Of a stretch of 64,000 bases of DNA, positions 40,458 to 49,851 are shown piece after piece. Position numbers and translations under genes: made by a program. Positions within the stretch are counted from its first letter, which is position 1. Every line of letters starts with the position of its first letter. The notes under the pieces are model-generated. The model made no database searches and was not told the DNA's origin. It saw only the letters and a list, made by a program, of their open reading frames with translations. This stretch comes from a bacterium (lineage in GTDB: Bacteria > Patescibacteriota > Microgenomatia > Levybacterales > UBA12049), in NCBI GenBank assembly GCA_021813145.1, contig JAKALS010000001.1, positions 134,519-198,518 of the forward strand, read 5' to 3'.

Positions 40458-40778
40458 TTATTCCTGTCTTTGTGCGGGAGGTACGAGGAGTTCGCTTAAC
40501 CTCTGCGCGTCGAATATGTCCTCTTCTCTTTGACTTTTTAGTTGAATTAGTTCGAGTTGCCCTTCTACGAATTGAGCCGAGAGTTGCGTTCTCATGCCGT
40601 CAGTGATTTCCTGAGGAACAGTTTCCGCTCCGTCCAAAAGCCTGAGGCCCAGTCTTGCCAGTCTGGTTTTCGATCTTGCCATTCTCATCCTTTCGTCAAT
40701 TATCTGCCGCTCTATACTTTTAGCCCCTCTTAGAATTTCCATTGAAGGGATTATATTTATAAACATACCGCTTGACAA
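40458..40778 (-). CDS. Hypothetical protein (first gene of the minus-strand small-gene operon)
   Basis: 106-aa ORF. Confidence 0.35.
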   Translation of the reverse strand: MSSGMFINIIPSMEILRGAKSIERQIIDERMRMARSKTRLARLGLRLLDGAETVPQEITDGMRTQLSAQFVEGQLELIQLKSQREEDIFDAQRLSELLVPPAQRQE

Positions 40779-40799
40779 TATATCGCCAAGTGATATAAT
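40772..40799 (+). promoter_or_regulatory. Consensus sigma70-like promoter for padR with leaderless geometry
   Basis: TTGACA (40772-77), a 16-nt spacer, TATAAT (40794-99), then ATG at 40806. Confidence 0.5.
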
Positions 40800-40805
40800 T
40801 CGCGT

Positions 40806-41171
40806 ATGAACAGTAAAACAATAGAAACTATTTCTCCTCAGGTACTTTATATTCTTTTAGCCCTAGCGGTAAAAGAAAGACACGGTTACGAAATAATGAA
40901 GCAGGTTAAAGCGGATTCGGACGGAAAAGTTATTATGGGTCCCGGGACTTTATACGGCGCAATTAAAAGAATGCTTAAGAACGGCTGGATTAAAGAGGCC
41001 GGAGAAAAAGACAGAAGAAAATATTATTCGCTTACTGAACTTGGAAGGAAAAATCTCTCGGTAGAACTTCAAAGGTACGAGGAAATGCTTGAAAAAGCCA
41101 GAAAGAAAAATCTTTTGGGGAATCCGGTAACGGCCAAGTTTGCATTTTCATATGTTAGAAAATCTTTATAA
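40806..41171 (+). CDS. PadR-family transcriptional regulator
   Basis: ...QVLYILLALAVKERHGYEIMKQV...GPGTLYGAIKRMLKNGWIKE...RRKYYSLTELG. Confidence 0.8.
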   Translation: MNSKTIETISPQVLYILLALAVKERHGYEIMKQVKADSDGKVIMGPGTLYGAIKRMLKNGWIKEAGEKDRRKYYSLTELGRKNLSVELQRYEEMLEKARKKNLLGNPVTAKFAFSYVRKSL

Positions 41172-41787
41172 AAAGCTTCTTTCTTGTTATCCCCTTAACT
41201 ATAAGAGAAAATTCGGGAAAGAAATGCTTTTAATCATAAACGATTTAAAACGTGATGAGCTTAGGGAAAAAGGAAGGATAAAGTTCTCTTTCTGGGCATT
41301 CCAATATAGTGATGTTTCCAAAAGCCTTTTTTCGGAACATATAGATTTCCTTAATAAAAGCGGTTTTAGAAAGTATTTTAAACTCAATAACTTTAATATT
41401 ATCGGAGGCGTTTTAATGCTTCCCGCTTTCACCGTTTTTATGATTGATATTTTAGGAAGAATTGCTCAGGGTGACCTTACGCACTACAATAGGGGAATTT
41501 ATAATTTTCTTTCCCACACTCCCCTATACTGGACGCCTGTTTTATTTACCTGGATAATTGCTTTTCCCGCAATTGCCATCATTTTGAATATAATCTCCGT
41601 CCTTAAAAACAGAAATAACAGGGTTTTTGTCAGAAAGAATTATGCTTCTTTTTTAATTCTTTTTTTTGGTTTGTTTTTGCTTTTTCTTGTAAAGTTCCAC
41701 GATTTTGCACCGTGCTTTGTCCACGGACTTTTTCTAAAAGGCTTCGGAAATCTTAATTTGATAATCGGTGTGTGCTCCAAAGCATGA
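41140..41787 (+). CDS. PadR-associated membrane protein
   Basis: Four or five TM helices; overlaps the padR 3' end, a typical PadR operon partner. Confidence 0.45.
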   Translation: MHFHMLENLYKKLLSCYPLNYKRKFGKEMLLIINDLKRDELREKGRIKFSFWAFQYSDVSKSLFSEHIDFLNKSGFRKYFKLNNFNIIGGVLMLPAFTVFMIDILGRIAQGDLTHYNRGIYNFLSHTPLYWTPVLFTWIIAFPAIAIILNIISVLKNRNNRVFVRKNYASFLILFFGLFLLFLVKFHDFAPCFVHGLFLKGFGNLNLIIGVCSKA

Positions 41788-42291
41788 TTGAAATTTTTAG
41801 CCTCTCCGGTTATAATCTTGCGAATAATGGAACGAGGAAAATCAAGAGAAGAAAAAGCTAAAGAGTACGCACAACTGTCGGGAATTATTTCTAAAATAAT
41901 ACGGGAGAGTTTGTCGCAGTCTCTTGCCGGATTAAATGGATTAAGGATGCAGCATATTCCACTTGGAGACAAGATGATTACCGAAAGCTTTTCCCCCTCG
42001 AATAATCATGTAACGCTTGGAGCCTGGTTTATGGAGGAAGGCAGCCAACAGGCAATGACTTACCATTTAAACGGGACTGCGGATGTTCTAAAAGGAGGAG
42101 TCATATACGACTTAAGCGATGAAGCCACGATTGTTATTTTTGACAACAACAGACAATCCAAAGAAGGGCAGACGGTTAAGCCCATGATACGGGTAGATCT
42201 TGAGGAATTGAGGATATTAGCAAAAATCGCCGAAAACCCCGCGGAGAATAAAGAGCTTTTGGATAAACTTAAAAAACTTCCCCTAAATTGA
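41788..42291 (+). CDS. Hypothetical protein
   Basis: 167-aa ORF. Confidence 0.35.
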   Translation: MKFLASPVIILRIMERGKSREEKAKEYAQLSGIISKIIRESLSQSLAGLNGLRMQHIPLGDKMITESFSPSNNHVTLGAWFMEEGSQQAMTYHLNGTADVLKGGVIYDLSDEATIVIFDNNRQSKEGQTVKPMIRVDLEELRILAKIAENPAENKELLDKLKKLPLN

Positions 42292-42921
42292 AAGAAGCAA
42301 ATTTTCAAGAAGAAGCCTTAAATTTATGTTCGTGCTATTTACTTCCCCGTAAGCCTTGTTAAAAGCATTTATTTTTTTCACAGAACTTTTTTTGGGCATT
42401 TCTTCTAAAAGTTTCTGTGATACCAGAAGCATAGATTTTAAAAACTCCAGTGCAATTTGCCGGTCTTTTGAATAATCCTGAGCAATTTTTAGTTTCTCCC
42501 CTATTTTTTTGTTATTTAAAGACACGAGAAGTTTTTCGTATTTTGATAAATCTGTTTTATTACCTTCTTCTTTTATATTTATTAATTTACATCTTGAGAT
42601 TATCGTGGGCAAAAAATCATTGTTGTTTTTCCCAAGAATAATAATTAAGGTATTTGACGGAGGCTCTTCAAGTACTTTAAGGAGGGCATTCTGTGCCTCT
42701 ATCGTTATGCCTTCTTCCGCTACAAGTGTTACCGCTTTTTTGTCGCTTTTGTAGGGTTTTAGATAAATTTTTTTCTGAAATTCACGTATCTGAGAAATTC
42801 CGACGGCCTTTTCGGACTCGATTATTGTGATATCAAATTTATCTACTCTTTCTTTTTTTAAAAACTCAAAAGTATATTCCTTCGCTTTTTGTATAGGACC
42901 GGTGATTAGAAAAGAATCCAT
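42283..42921 (-). CDS. holB: DNA polymerase III delta-prime-like clamp-loader subunit
   Basis: ...AQNALLKVLEEPPSNTLIIIL...TIISRC... (SRC motif); AAA+ fold without an intact Walker A motif. Confidence 0.6.
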   Translation of the reverse strand: MDSFLITGPIQKAKEYTFEFLKKERVDKFDITIIESEKAVGISQIREFQKKIYLKPYKSDKKAVTLVAEEGITIEAQNALLKVLEEPPSNTLIIILGKNNNDFLPTIISRCKLINIKEEGNKTDLSKYEKLLVSLNNKKIGEKLKIAQDYSKDRQIALEFLKSMLLVSQKLLEEMPKKSSVKKINAFNKAYGEVNSTNINLRLLLENLLLSI

Positions 42922-43066
42922 ACTAAATATTTATCATCTTCCATTTTCCATTCATTTTTAATTTCCGATTTATCAATAAATAAATCAATGGAGAATAATA
43001 AATGTTAAATGGAAAATAAGATATTTTCCTTGACATTATAACTCATATTTGAATACTATAATAGTA

Positions 43067-44791
43067 ATGCCCAGTGATTTTCAGGCTCCCGCCAAGAACC
43101 AGACTCTAAGCGATATACTTTTTGAAGAAAAGCTCATTACCCAGGAGCAGTATAACGATATCAAGGTAAAAAGTGCCGCGCAAAATCTTTCCGAGGAAAC
43201 TCTTGTTTCGGGGATAAAAACGATAACAGAGGCACAGCTGGCTGAAGCAAAAGCAAAAATGCTTAATATCCCCTACATTGCTTTAGAAGAAACCTCCTTT
43301 TCGCCCCAGGCTTTGGAATATATATCAAGGGCAGTCGCCGAAAGATTTTTACTTATTCCTTTTATGTACGACGATAAGACAAAAATCCTTTCGGTTGCCA
43401 TGAGTAATCCCGTTGATCTTGACGCAATCTCTTTTGTCCAGCAAAAAACAGGTCTTACGATAAAGACCTTTGCAGCCACGCCTTCCGAAGTAACAAGAGC
43501 TATAGATACGCAATACCGTCAGGAAATTGTAGGCGAAGTAGGACAGGCAGTAAAGGAAACAGAAGAGTTTTCAAAAACTAAAACTGTAGATAGTAAAGAT
43601 ATTGCACAAATAATAAAAGAGGCTCCTGTCGCGAAGATAGTTTCGACAATCCTTGAATATGCGGTAAACAGCCGTGCTTCGGATGTTCATATAGAACCAC
43701 AAGAAGACAGAGTGAGGGTCAGATACAGGATAGACGGCATCCTATACGACAGGTTAAGCCTTCCAAAAAGCGTACAGGAAGCTTTAATTTCAAGGATTAA
43801 GATTCTTTCTGATATGAAAATAGATGAGCACAGGACTCCTCAGGATGGTAGGTTTAACTTCAGAGTTGACAATAATGAAGTTGATCTGCGTATCTCGGTT
43901 CTTCCTACGGTTTTCGGAGAAAAAATCGTAATGAGGCTTTTAAGAAAGTCCGGGGGTATTCCAAGTCTCGGGGAGCTTGGTCTTACGGGTACCTCGCTTA
44001 AAAATCTTGAAACCGCGATGTTAAGACCTCATGGAATAATAATAGTAGTAGGGCCTACAGGCTCGGGAAAAACGACAACTCTTTATTCCGTTCTTGCGAA
44101 ATTAAATACAACAAGGGTGAATATTATGACTCTCGAAGACCCTGTTGAGTACCAGATAGCCGGAATAAACCAAGTGCAGATAAACCCTGCAGTGGGTCTT
44201 ACTTTTGCGGATGGATTAAGATCGTTTCTACGCCAGGACCCCAACATAATACTTGTAGGAGAAATCCGTGATAACGAAACAACAGAGTTGGCTATTCAGG
44301 CAGCCCTTACCGGACATTTGGTATTTTCTACGCTTCATACGTCAAACGCTGCCGGTGCCCTTCCCCGTCTTGTAGATCTGGGAGCGGAAAGGTTTTTACT
44401 TGCCTCCACAATGACTGCGGTTTTAGGGCAAAGAATAGTAAGAAAGATCTGCGATAACTGTAAGACTTCATATACTCCCCTTCCCCAGATAGTAGATGAA
44501 ATAAAAAATGTTTTGGGAAGCCTTTATCCGGCGGAAGGAGTAACAAAACTTTATAAAGGTAACGGATGCGATCAATGCGGGTCGTCCGGATATCTTGGAA
44601 GAATAGGAATTTTTGAGTGCCTTCCGGTTACCGATAAAATCACAAAACTTGTCCTTTCCAATCCCGATAGTTCATCAATAGAAAGAGAAGCAATAGCGGA
44701 AGGCATGATTACTATGAAACAGGATGGATACTTAAAAGTTTTGCAGGGAATAACAACGGTTGAAGAAGTTTTAAGAGTAGCACAGGAATAA
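43067..44791 (+). CDS. pilB: Type IV pilus assembly ATPase PilB (GspE family)
   Basis: N-terminal T2SSE_N domains; Walker A VGPTGSGKTTTLYSVL; the tetracysteine motif CDNC...CDQCG. The ATG at 43067 is preferred over the TTG at 43049. Confidence 0.9.
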   Translation: MPSDFQAPAKNQTLSDILFEEKLITQEQYNDIKVKSAAQNLSEETLVSGIKTITEAQLAEAKAKMLNIPYIALEETSFSPQALEYISRAVAERFLLIPFMYDDKTKILSVAMSNPVDLDAISFVQQKTGLTIKTFAATPSEVTRAIDTQYRQEIVGEVGQAVKETEEFSKTKTVDSKDIAQIIKEAPVAKIVSTILEYAVNSRASDVHIEPQEDRVRVRYRIDGILYDRLSLPKSVQEALISRIKILSDMKIDEHRTPQDGRFNFRVDNNEVDLRISVLPTVFGEKIVMRLLRKSGGIPSLGELGLTGTSLKNLETAMLRPHGIIIVVGPTGSGKTTTLYSVLAKLNTTRVNIMTLEDPVEYQIAGINQVQINPAVGLTFADGLRSFLRQDPNIILVGEIRDNETTELAIQAALTGHLVFSTLHTSNAAGALPRLVDLGAERFLLASTMTAVLGQRIVRKICDNCKTSYTPLPQIVDEIKNVLGSLYPAEGVTKLYKGNGCDQCGSSGYLGRIGIFECLPVTDKITKLVLSNPDSSSIEREAIAEGMITMKQDGYLKVLQGITTVEEVLRVAQE

Positions 44792-44823
44792 TTTTTATTT
44801 CATTTTGCAATTCACATTAGCGG

Positions 44824-44858
44824 TTGAAAATTGATAATTGATAATTAATAATTGAATT
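44824..44858 (+). promoter_or_regulatory. AT-rich promoter module directly abutting the pilT start codon
   Basis: TTGAAAATTGATAATTGATAATTAATAATTGAATT-ATG; nearly identical to the gyrA upstream element. Confidence 0.4.
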
Positions 44859-45926
44859 ATGGATATACACGAATTATTAAATTTAACGGTAAAAAATAAT
44901 GCATCCGATTTACATCTTCTAGCGGGAATACCTCCCGTAATAAGAATAGACGGTTCGCTGCGTTATCTTACCAGCTACTCTGCTCTCTCTCATGAGATGG
45001 TGGAAAATCTCGTATTTTCGCTTTTAAACCCTCAGCAGAAAGAATACGTAGTAAATAACAAGGAGCTGGATTTTTCGTTCGGTTTCGGCGGTGGAGATTA
45101 CGGAAACCTGGGAAGGTTCAGGGCAAATGTTTATTACCAAAGAGGCTTTTTAAGCGCAGCCTTTAGATTTCTTCTTCCCAATATAAGGACTATAGAAGAA
45201 CTTAATCTTCCAAAGGTTCTGCACGGCTACGCAGACATGAAACAGGGGTTTGTTCTTGTAACGGGACCTACGGGACACGGAAAATCTACAACAATAGCAT
45301 CAATAATAAATGAAATTAATCTAAAAAGGGCTACGCATATATTAACGATAGAAGATCCCATAGAATATGTCTATCCTGCCGGCAAAAGCATAATTTCCCA
45401 GAGAGAAATGGATATAGACAGCCATTCATGGGCCATGGCATTGAGGTCGGCTTTAAGAGAAGATCCTGATGTTGTTTTGGTAGGAGAAATGAGGGACCCC
45501 GAAACAATGGCAGCGGCAATAACAATTGCAGAGACGGGACATTTGGTGTTTTCCACCCTTCATACAAATTCGGCAGCACAGACGATAGACAGGATAATAG
45601 ATTCTTTCCCCCCAAGTCAGCAAAGCCAGATAAGAACGCAACTTGCATCCACTTTGCGGGGCGTAGTGTCACAAAGACTTTTGCCGATGATTAACGGAGG
45701 AAGGATTCCCGCAGTGGAGGTTCTCATGGGTACCGCTGCTATTGCAAGCAACATAAGGGAAGGAAAAACTCATCTTATAGATTCTGTTATCCAGACTTCC
45801 CAGGATGCGGGAATGATAACGCTTGAGTCCTCCCTTGCTTCGCTTGTTCTCGCCGGAAACATAAGCCTTGAAATGGCAAAAAGCTATGCTCTTCGTCCCG
45901 ATGACTTATTAAGGCTTGTAGGCTGA
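44859..45926 (+). CDS. pilT: Twitching-motility/retraction ATPase PilT
   Basis: ...VTGPTGHGKSTT... Walker A, and the AIRNLIRE-like IASNIREGK region. Confidence 0.9.
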   Translation: MDIHELLNLTVKNNASDLHLLAGIPPVIRIDGSLRYLTSYSALSHEMVENLVFSLLNPQQKEYVVNNKELDFSFGFGGGDYGNLGRFRANVYYQRGFLSAAFRFLLPNIRTIEELNLPKVLHGYADMKQGFVLVTGPTGHGKSTTIASIINEINLKRATHILTIEDPIEYVYPAGKSIISQREMDIDSHSWAMALRSALREDPDVVLVGEMRDPETMAAAITIAETGHLVFSTLHTNSAAQTIDRIIDSFPPSQQSQIRTQLASTLRGVVSQRLLPMINGGRIPAVEVLMGTAAIASNIREGKTHLIDSVIQTSQDAGMITLESSLASLVLAGNISLEMAKSYALRPDDLLRLVG

Positions 45927-45930
45927 TTTT

Positions 45931-47136
45931 ATGAGACTTCAATATAAGGCTGCCACAAAAGAGGGAAAAATAGAACAAGGGGTAATAGATGCCTCCGACA
46001 TAAACGAGGCCGCCCAATATTTAAGAAGCAAAGATTTAACCCCAATTCACATCATCAAAGAAGAAGACAACCCCATGGCAAAGATATTTCCAATGACAAA
46101 AAAAGTAAAAACTAACGACCTTGTCCTTTTTACAAGACAACTTTCTTCCATGCTTGCTTCGGGGCTGACATTAATGAAGGCTCTTTCCATTCTTAAGGAC
46201 CAGATGCAGAATGCAGCAATGGTGGAGGTCGTGAATAGTTTGATAAATGATGTAGAGGAAGGAAAAACTCTTTCAACCTCGATGGCCAAGTATCCTAAGG
46301 TATTTTCGCCCATTTATGTATCCTTAATAAAAGCCGGAGAGGTTTCAGGTCTTTTGGATAAAGTATTGTTAAGACTCGCAGATAATCTTGAAAAACAGCA
46401 AAAACTGAGAGGAACTATAAAAGGGGCTCTTATGTATCCCGTCATAGTAGTGGTTCTTATGGGCGCTGTAATGGGGGTAATGATGATTTTCGTTATTCCT
46501 CAGCTTACGTCTCTTTATCAAAATCTTAATGTTCCTCTTCCGTTTACCACGCAGGTGGTTATAGGCATCTCCAATTTTATGAGTTCTTTCTGGTTTATTA
46601 TTATTCTCGCGATTGCCGGAATTATTTATTTTTTCCGACGATGGAAAAAAACAGAAGAAGGAGAACTTATAATGGACAGTATAATGCTTAAACTTCCTAT
46701 TTTCGGAAGACTTATACAACAGACTATCCTTGCCGAATTTTCGAGGACTCTCGGACTTTTGGTTGGAACCGGCACTCTTGTCGTCGATGCACTTTTGCAA
46801 ACTGCGGATACGGCAAATAACGTCCATTATAGGAATGCGATAAAGCAGGTTTCAAAAGAGGTTGAAAAAGGGGTATCGATGGGAGACGCTATGTCTATTT
46901 ATCCTCTTTTTCCGCCCCTGCTTATTCAACTTGTAAAAATCGGAGAACAGACCGGAAAAATAGACGATTCGCTGACAAGGGCTTCGGAATACTATGAAAG
47001 AGAGGTAGACCAGACAGTAAAAGCTCTTACGACCGCTATGGAGCCGTTTATTATGGTTGTTCTGGGTATAGGAGTAGCTTTCCTTATTATGTCTGTCATT
47101 ACCCCAATTTATAGTTTGATATCCTCGATACAGTAA
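45931..47136 (+). CDS. pilC: Type IV pilus platform protein PilC (GspF family)
   Basis: Two GspF repeats with three TM helices; about 400 aa. Confidence 0.9.
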   Translation: MRLQYKAATKEGKIEQGVIDASDINEAAQYLRSKDLTPIHIIKEEDNPMAKIFPMTKKVKTNDLVLFTRQLSSMLASGLTLMKALSILKDQMQNAAMVEVVNSLINDVEEGKTLSTSMAKYPKVFSPIYVSLIKAGEVSGLLDKVLLRLADNLEKQQKLRGTIKGALMYPVIVVVLMGAVMGVMMIFVIPQLTSLYQNLNVPLPFTTQVVIGISNFMSSFWFIIILAIAGIIYFFRRWKKTEEGELIMDSIMLKLPIFGRLIQQTILAEFSRTLGLLVGTGTLVVDALLQTADTANNVHYRNAIKQVSKEVEKGVSMGDAMSIYPLFPPLLIQLVKIGEQTGKIDDSLTRASEYYEREVDQTVKALTTAMEPFIMVVLGIGVAFLIMSVITPIYSLISSIQ

Positions 47137-47266
47137 TGTATTTGATAATTACTACTTGTTCTTTAAGGTTACCCTAATCTCTAACTATAAACTTTAGCTA
47201 CCAATATTTTGGCTTCAAAATACCCCTTGACAAGCAATTTAAGTTATGGTTACTATTAATATATAA

Positions 47267-47827
47267 ATGAAAAAACTGGTAGATAGACTTAAGAAATTAT
47301 TAGGCTTATCCAAAAAATCCGCAGGATTTACCCTCATAGAGCTTTTAGTCGTAATCGGAATTTTAGGTATTTTGGCAGCAGCGCTTGTCGCAACTATTAA
47401 TCCTTTCGAGCAGCTTAACAAGGCTCAGGATGCGAATGTACAAAATACTTTGGTCGAATATATTGACGCAAACGTCAGGTATTATACAACTCACAGCGCG
47501 ATGCCTTGGAATGATACCGCAAACACGAATGCGGCAAATTGTACGTCTTTCGCAGGAGCCATAAGCGCGGGTGGAGCTAATCTTGGCACAATGACGGGCT
47601 GCGTAGATGCATTGATAGCAGATGGTGAGTTAAAATCCAGCTTCACTTCGGTCGCAAACATTCTTTCACAGATTGTGGTAACGGGAGGCTCGACAAGCGT
47701 TATTTCCTGCTATGCTCCAAAATCACAATCACAGAGGAACAACCCAAATACACAATACAATTCGACGGGCGGTTTAGATACCGCCAATTGCCCGGGATCC
47801 GCAGGATGCTATTGGTGCAGCCAATAA
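47267..47827 (+). CDS. pilA: Major type IV pilin
   Basis: ...KKSAG|FTLIELLVVIGILGILAAALV...; C-terminal Cys-rich domain with 7 Cys. A TTGACA at 47227-32 lies upstream. Confidence 0.75.
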   Translation: MKKLVDRLKKLLGLSKKSAGFTLIELLVVIGILGILAAALVATINPFEQLNKAQDANVQNTLVEYIDANVRYYTTHSAMPWNDTANTNAANCTSFAGAISAGGANLGTMTGCVDALIADGELKSSFTSVANILSQIVVTGGSTSVISCYAPKSQSQRNNPNTQYNSTGGLDTANCPGSAGCYWCSQ

Positions 47828-47832
47828 AGTAG

Positions 47833-49851
47833 ATGTCCTCTGTAAAGAAATTTTATCTGCCGTTATTAATTTTTTTTGGTGTCCTTTTTCTGTATATACA
47901 TAATCTTTCGCGTGGCACCTACGGAGGCGACGTGGGAGATTTACTCTCGGCTTCTTTAGTAATGGGGGTTGCCCACCCACCCGGATATCCTCTTTTTACC
48001 ATATTGGGATTTTTACTTTCAAGGATTAACCTTGTCACACCGGCTTTCATGGTTGGGCTTATTTCCGCTTTTTCAGGAGCATTGGGAGTTTTAATTTTTT
48101 ATTTTACGTCCTTAGAACTAACAAAAAGCAGAGTTATAAGTCTTATTTCTTCAATTCTTCTTGCTTTTTCTTATTACTTCTGGCTTTACAGTGAAGTAGC
48201 AGAAGTGTTTGCCTTAAATAATTTTTTTGTAATTTTACTTTTCTATCTGGCTTTGATGTACTCGTTGAAAAAGGACATAAAATATCTTTTCCTTACGTCT
48301 TTTTTTACAGGGTTGTCAATGACAAATCATCAGACTATAATTTTTATTTTTCCTTCCCTCTTGATACTTTCTTTGCCTAATTTATTAAGGGATTTAAGGA
48401 ATTATAAGAATATTATTTATTGTATCCTTTTGGGGCTTTTAGGTTTTTCCCCTTACTTATATGTTTTTTATGCCGCTGCACATAATCCACCAATAAATTG
48501 GGACCATGTAAAAGATATTAATTCTTTTTTGCATTTATTCTTAAGGCAGGACTACGGTACCTTGAGTATTGGTCAAGTGTCCCCTCCCACCGTTTCACAA
48601 AGAATTGCAAGTTTTAAAATTTATTTTTTTGATATTCTCGTGCAGGCGACGATCCCCGCGATAATTATTATTATTCTAGGTATCTTATATTCTATTAAAC
48701 GTAAGCTGAAATATTTCCTGGCACTTTTTTTTGCATTTATATTGTCTGGCCCGGTATTTATAGTTTATGCAGGATTTCCCCTTTTTAGCTCTTTTAATGT
48801 CGGTGTCTATGAACGTTTTATAATTATGTCTTTTGTAATTTTGCTTATGTTTTTCCCATTGGGATTATTGACCTTAAGAGATTTGTTTGACAAGATTTTT
48901 ACAAAAAAAGAATTAAGCATTTTAGTTATCGGGATATTTATTATTATACCTTTTTCTCTTTTTAGGTTTAATTATCCAAAGACAAATTTAAGTAATTTTA
49001 CCGCTGGAAACGATGTTGCCTATGATTTGTTAGAACCGCTTCCGAAAAATTCGGTCCTGATACTTTCCGGAGATACGCTTTTGTTTAATACATGGTATGT
49101 GCACTATGGCTTGGGCTACAGAAAAGATGTACAGGTTCTTAATCTGAGCGGGCTTACAGGAAGCTCTTATTTTGCAAAGAAACTTGATAATTATCTAAAA
49201 AGTAATCCCGGACAAAAAGAAAGCCCCGACCTTGTGGCCAATGTAATCATGGAGATAGCAAAAACCAATCCGGTTTTTTCCATTCTTAATATAGAAAAAA
49301 CAAAGGGCCAAAAACTTGTTTGGGTGCCCTATGGGTTAAGCTCAAAACTTGTGCTAAATGGAAAAATTCCTCAAAAACAAAATTATGAAAAAGATGCGGC
49401 TGTTGTTTGGGGTAGTTATAAAATTCCTTATAAAACAACTAACGATCTTGTTTTAGGAAATCTTACAGCTTCCGATATTCCTCTTTTTTACTCTAATAGG
49501 CTTATTACAACAGCGAACTTTATAGTCAAAAATTATAACGATAAACCATTATCGTTTTATTATTTTAAAAAATCTTACGAAGTCGACAGTGCCAATCCTG
49601 CAGTTTCACAGGTCTTGGGTAATTATTACATACAACAAAAGGAATGCTTTATAGCGGAGAAATATCTTAAGTCATCAATAGGAAGCTTCCCATATGAGCC
49701 TCTTTCTTACTTTTTGCTATATTATGACTATATGGATTGTTTCAAATCTGTATCAGGAGCTGAAAATGTCATAAAAGAATACAGCAATCAATTCCATACC
49801 GATTTTTATAGTGATATTAAAAAAACATTTAAGCAAAACAATAATGGTTAA
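47833..49851 (+). CDS. Large GT-C-like membrane protein (DUF2723 / protein O-mannosyltransferase-like) embedded in the pilus locus
   Basis: N-terminal ...GDVGDLLSASLVMGVAHPPGYPLFTILGFLL... and 11+ TM helices, with a large extracytoplasmic C-terminal domain. Confidence 0.5.
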   Translation: MSSVKKFYLPLLIFFGVLFLYIHNLSRGTYGGDVGDLLSASLVMGVAHPPGYPLFTILGFLLSRINLVTPAFMVGLISAFSGALGVLIFYFTSLELTKSRVISLISSILLAFSYYFWLYSEVAEVFALNNFFVILLFYLALMYSLKKDIKYLFLTSFFTGLSMTNHQTIIFIFPSLLILSLPNLLRDLRNYKNIIYCILLGLLGFSPYLYVFYAAAHNPPINWDHVKDINSFLHLFLRQDYGTLSIGQVSPPTVSQRIASFKIYFFDILVQATIPAIIIIILGILYSIKRKLKYFLALFFAFILSGPVFIVYAGFPLFSSFNVGVYERFIIMSFVILLMFFPLGLLTLRDLFDKIFTKKELSILVIGIFIIIPFSLFRFNYPKTNLSNFTAGNDVAYDLLEPLPKNSVLILSGDTLLFNTWYVHYGLGYRKDVQVLNLSGLTGSSYFAKKLDNYLKSNPGQKESPDLVANVIMEIAKTNPVFSILNIEKTKGQKLVWVPYGLSSKLVLNGKIPQKQNYEKDAAVVWGSYKIPYKTTNDLVLGNLTASDIPLFYSNRLITTANFIVKNYNDKPLSFYYFKKSYEVDSANPAVSQVLGNYYIQQKECFIAEKYLKSSIGSFPYEPLSYFLLYYDYMDCFKSVSGAENVIKEYSNQFHTDFYSDIKKTFKQNNNG

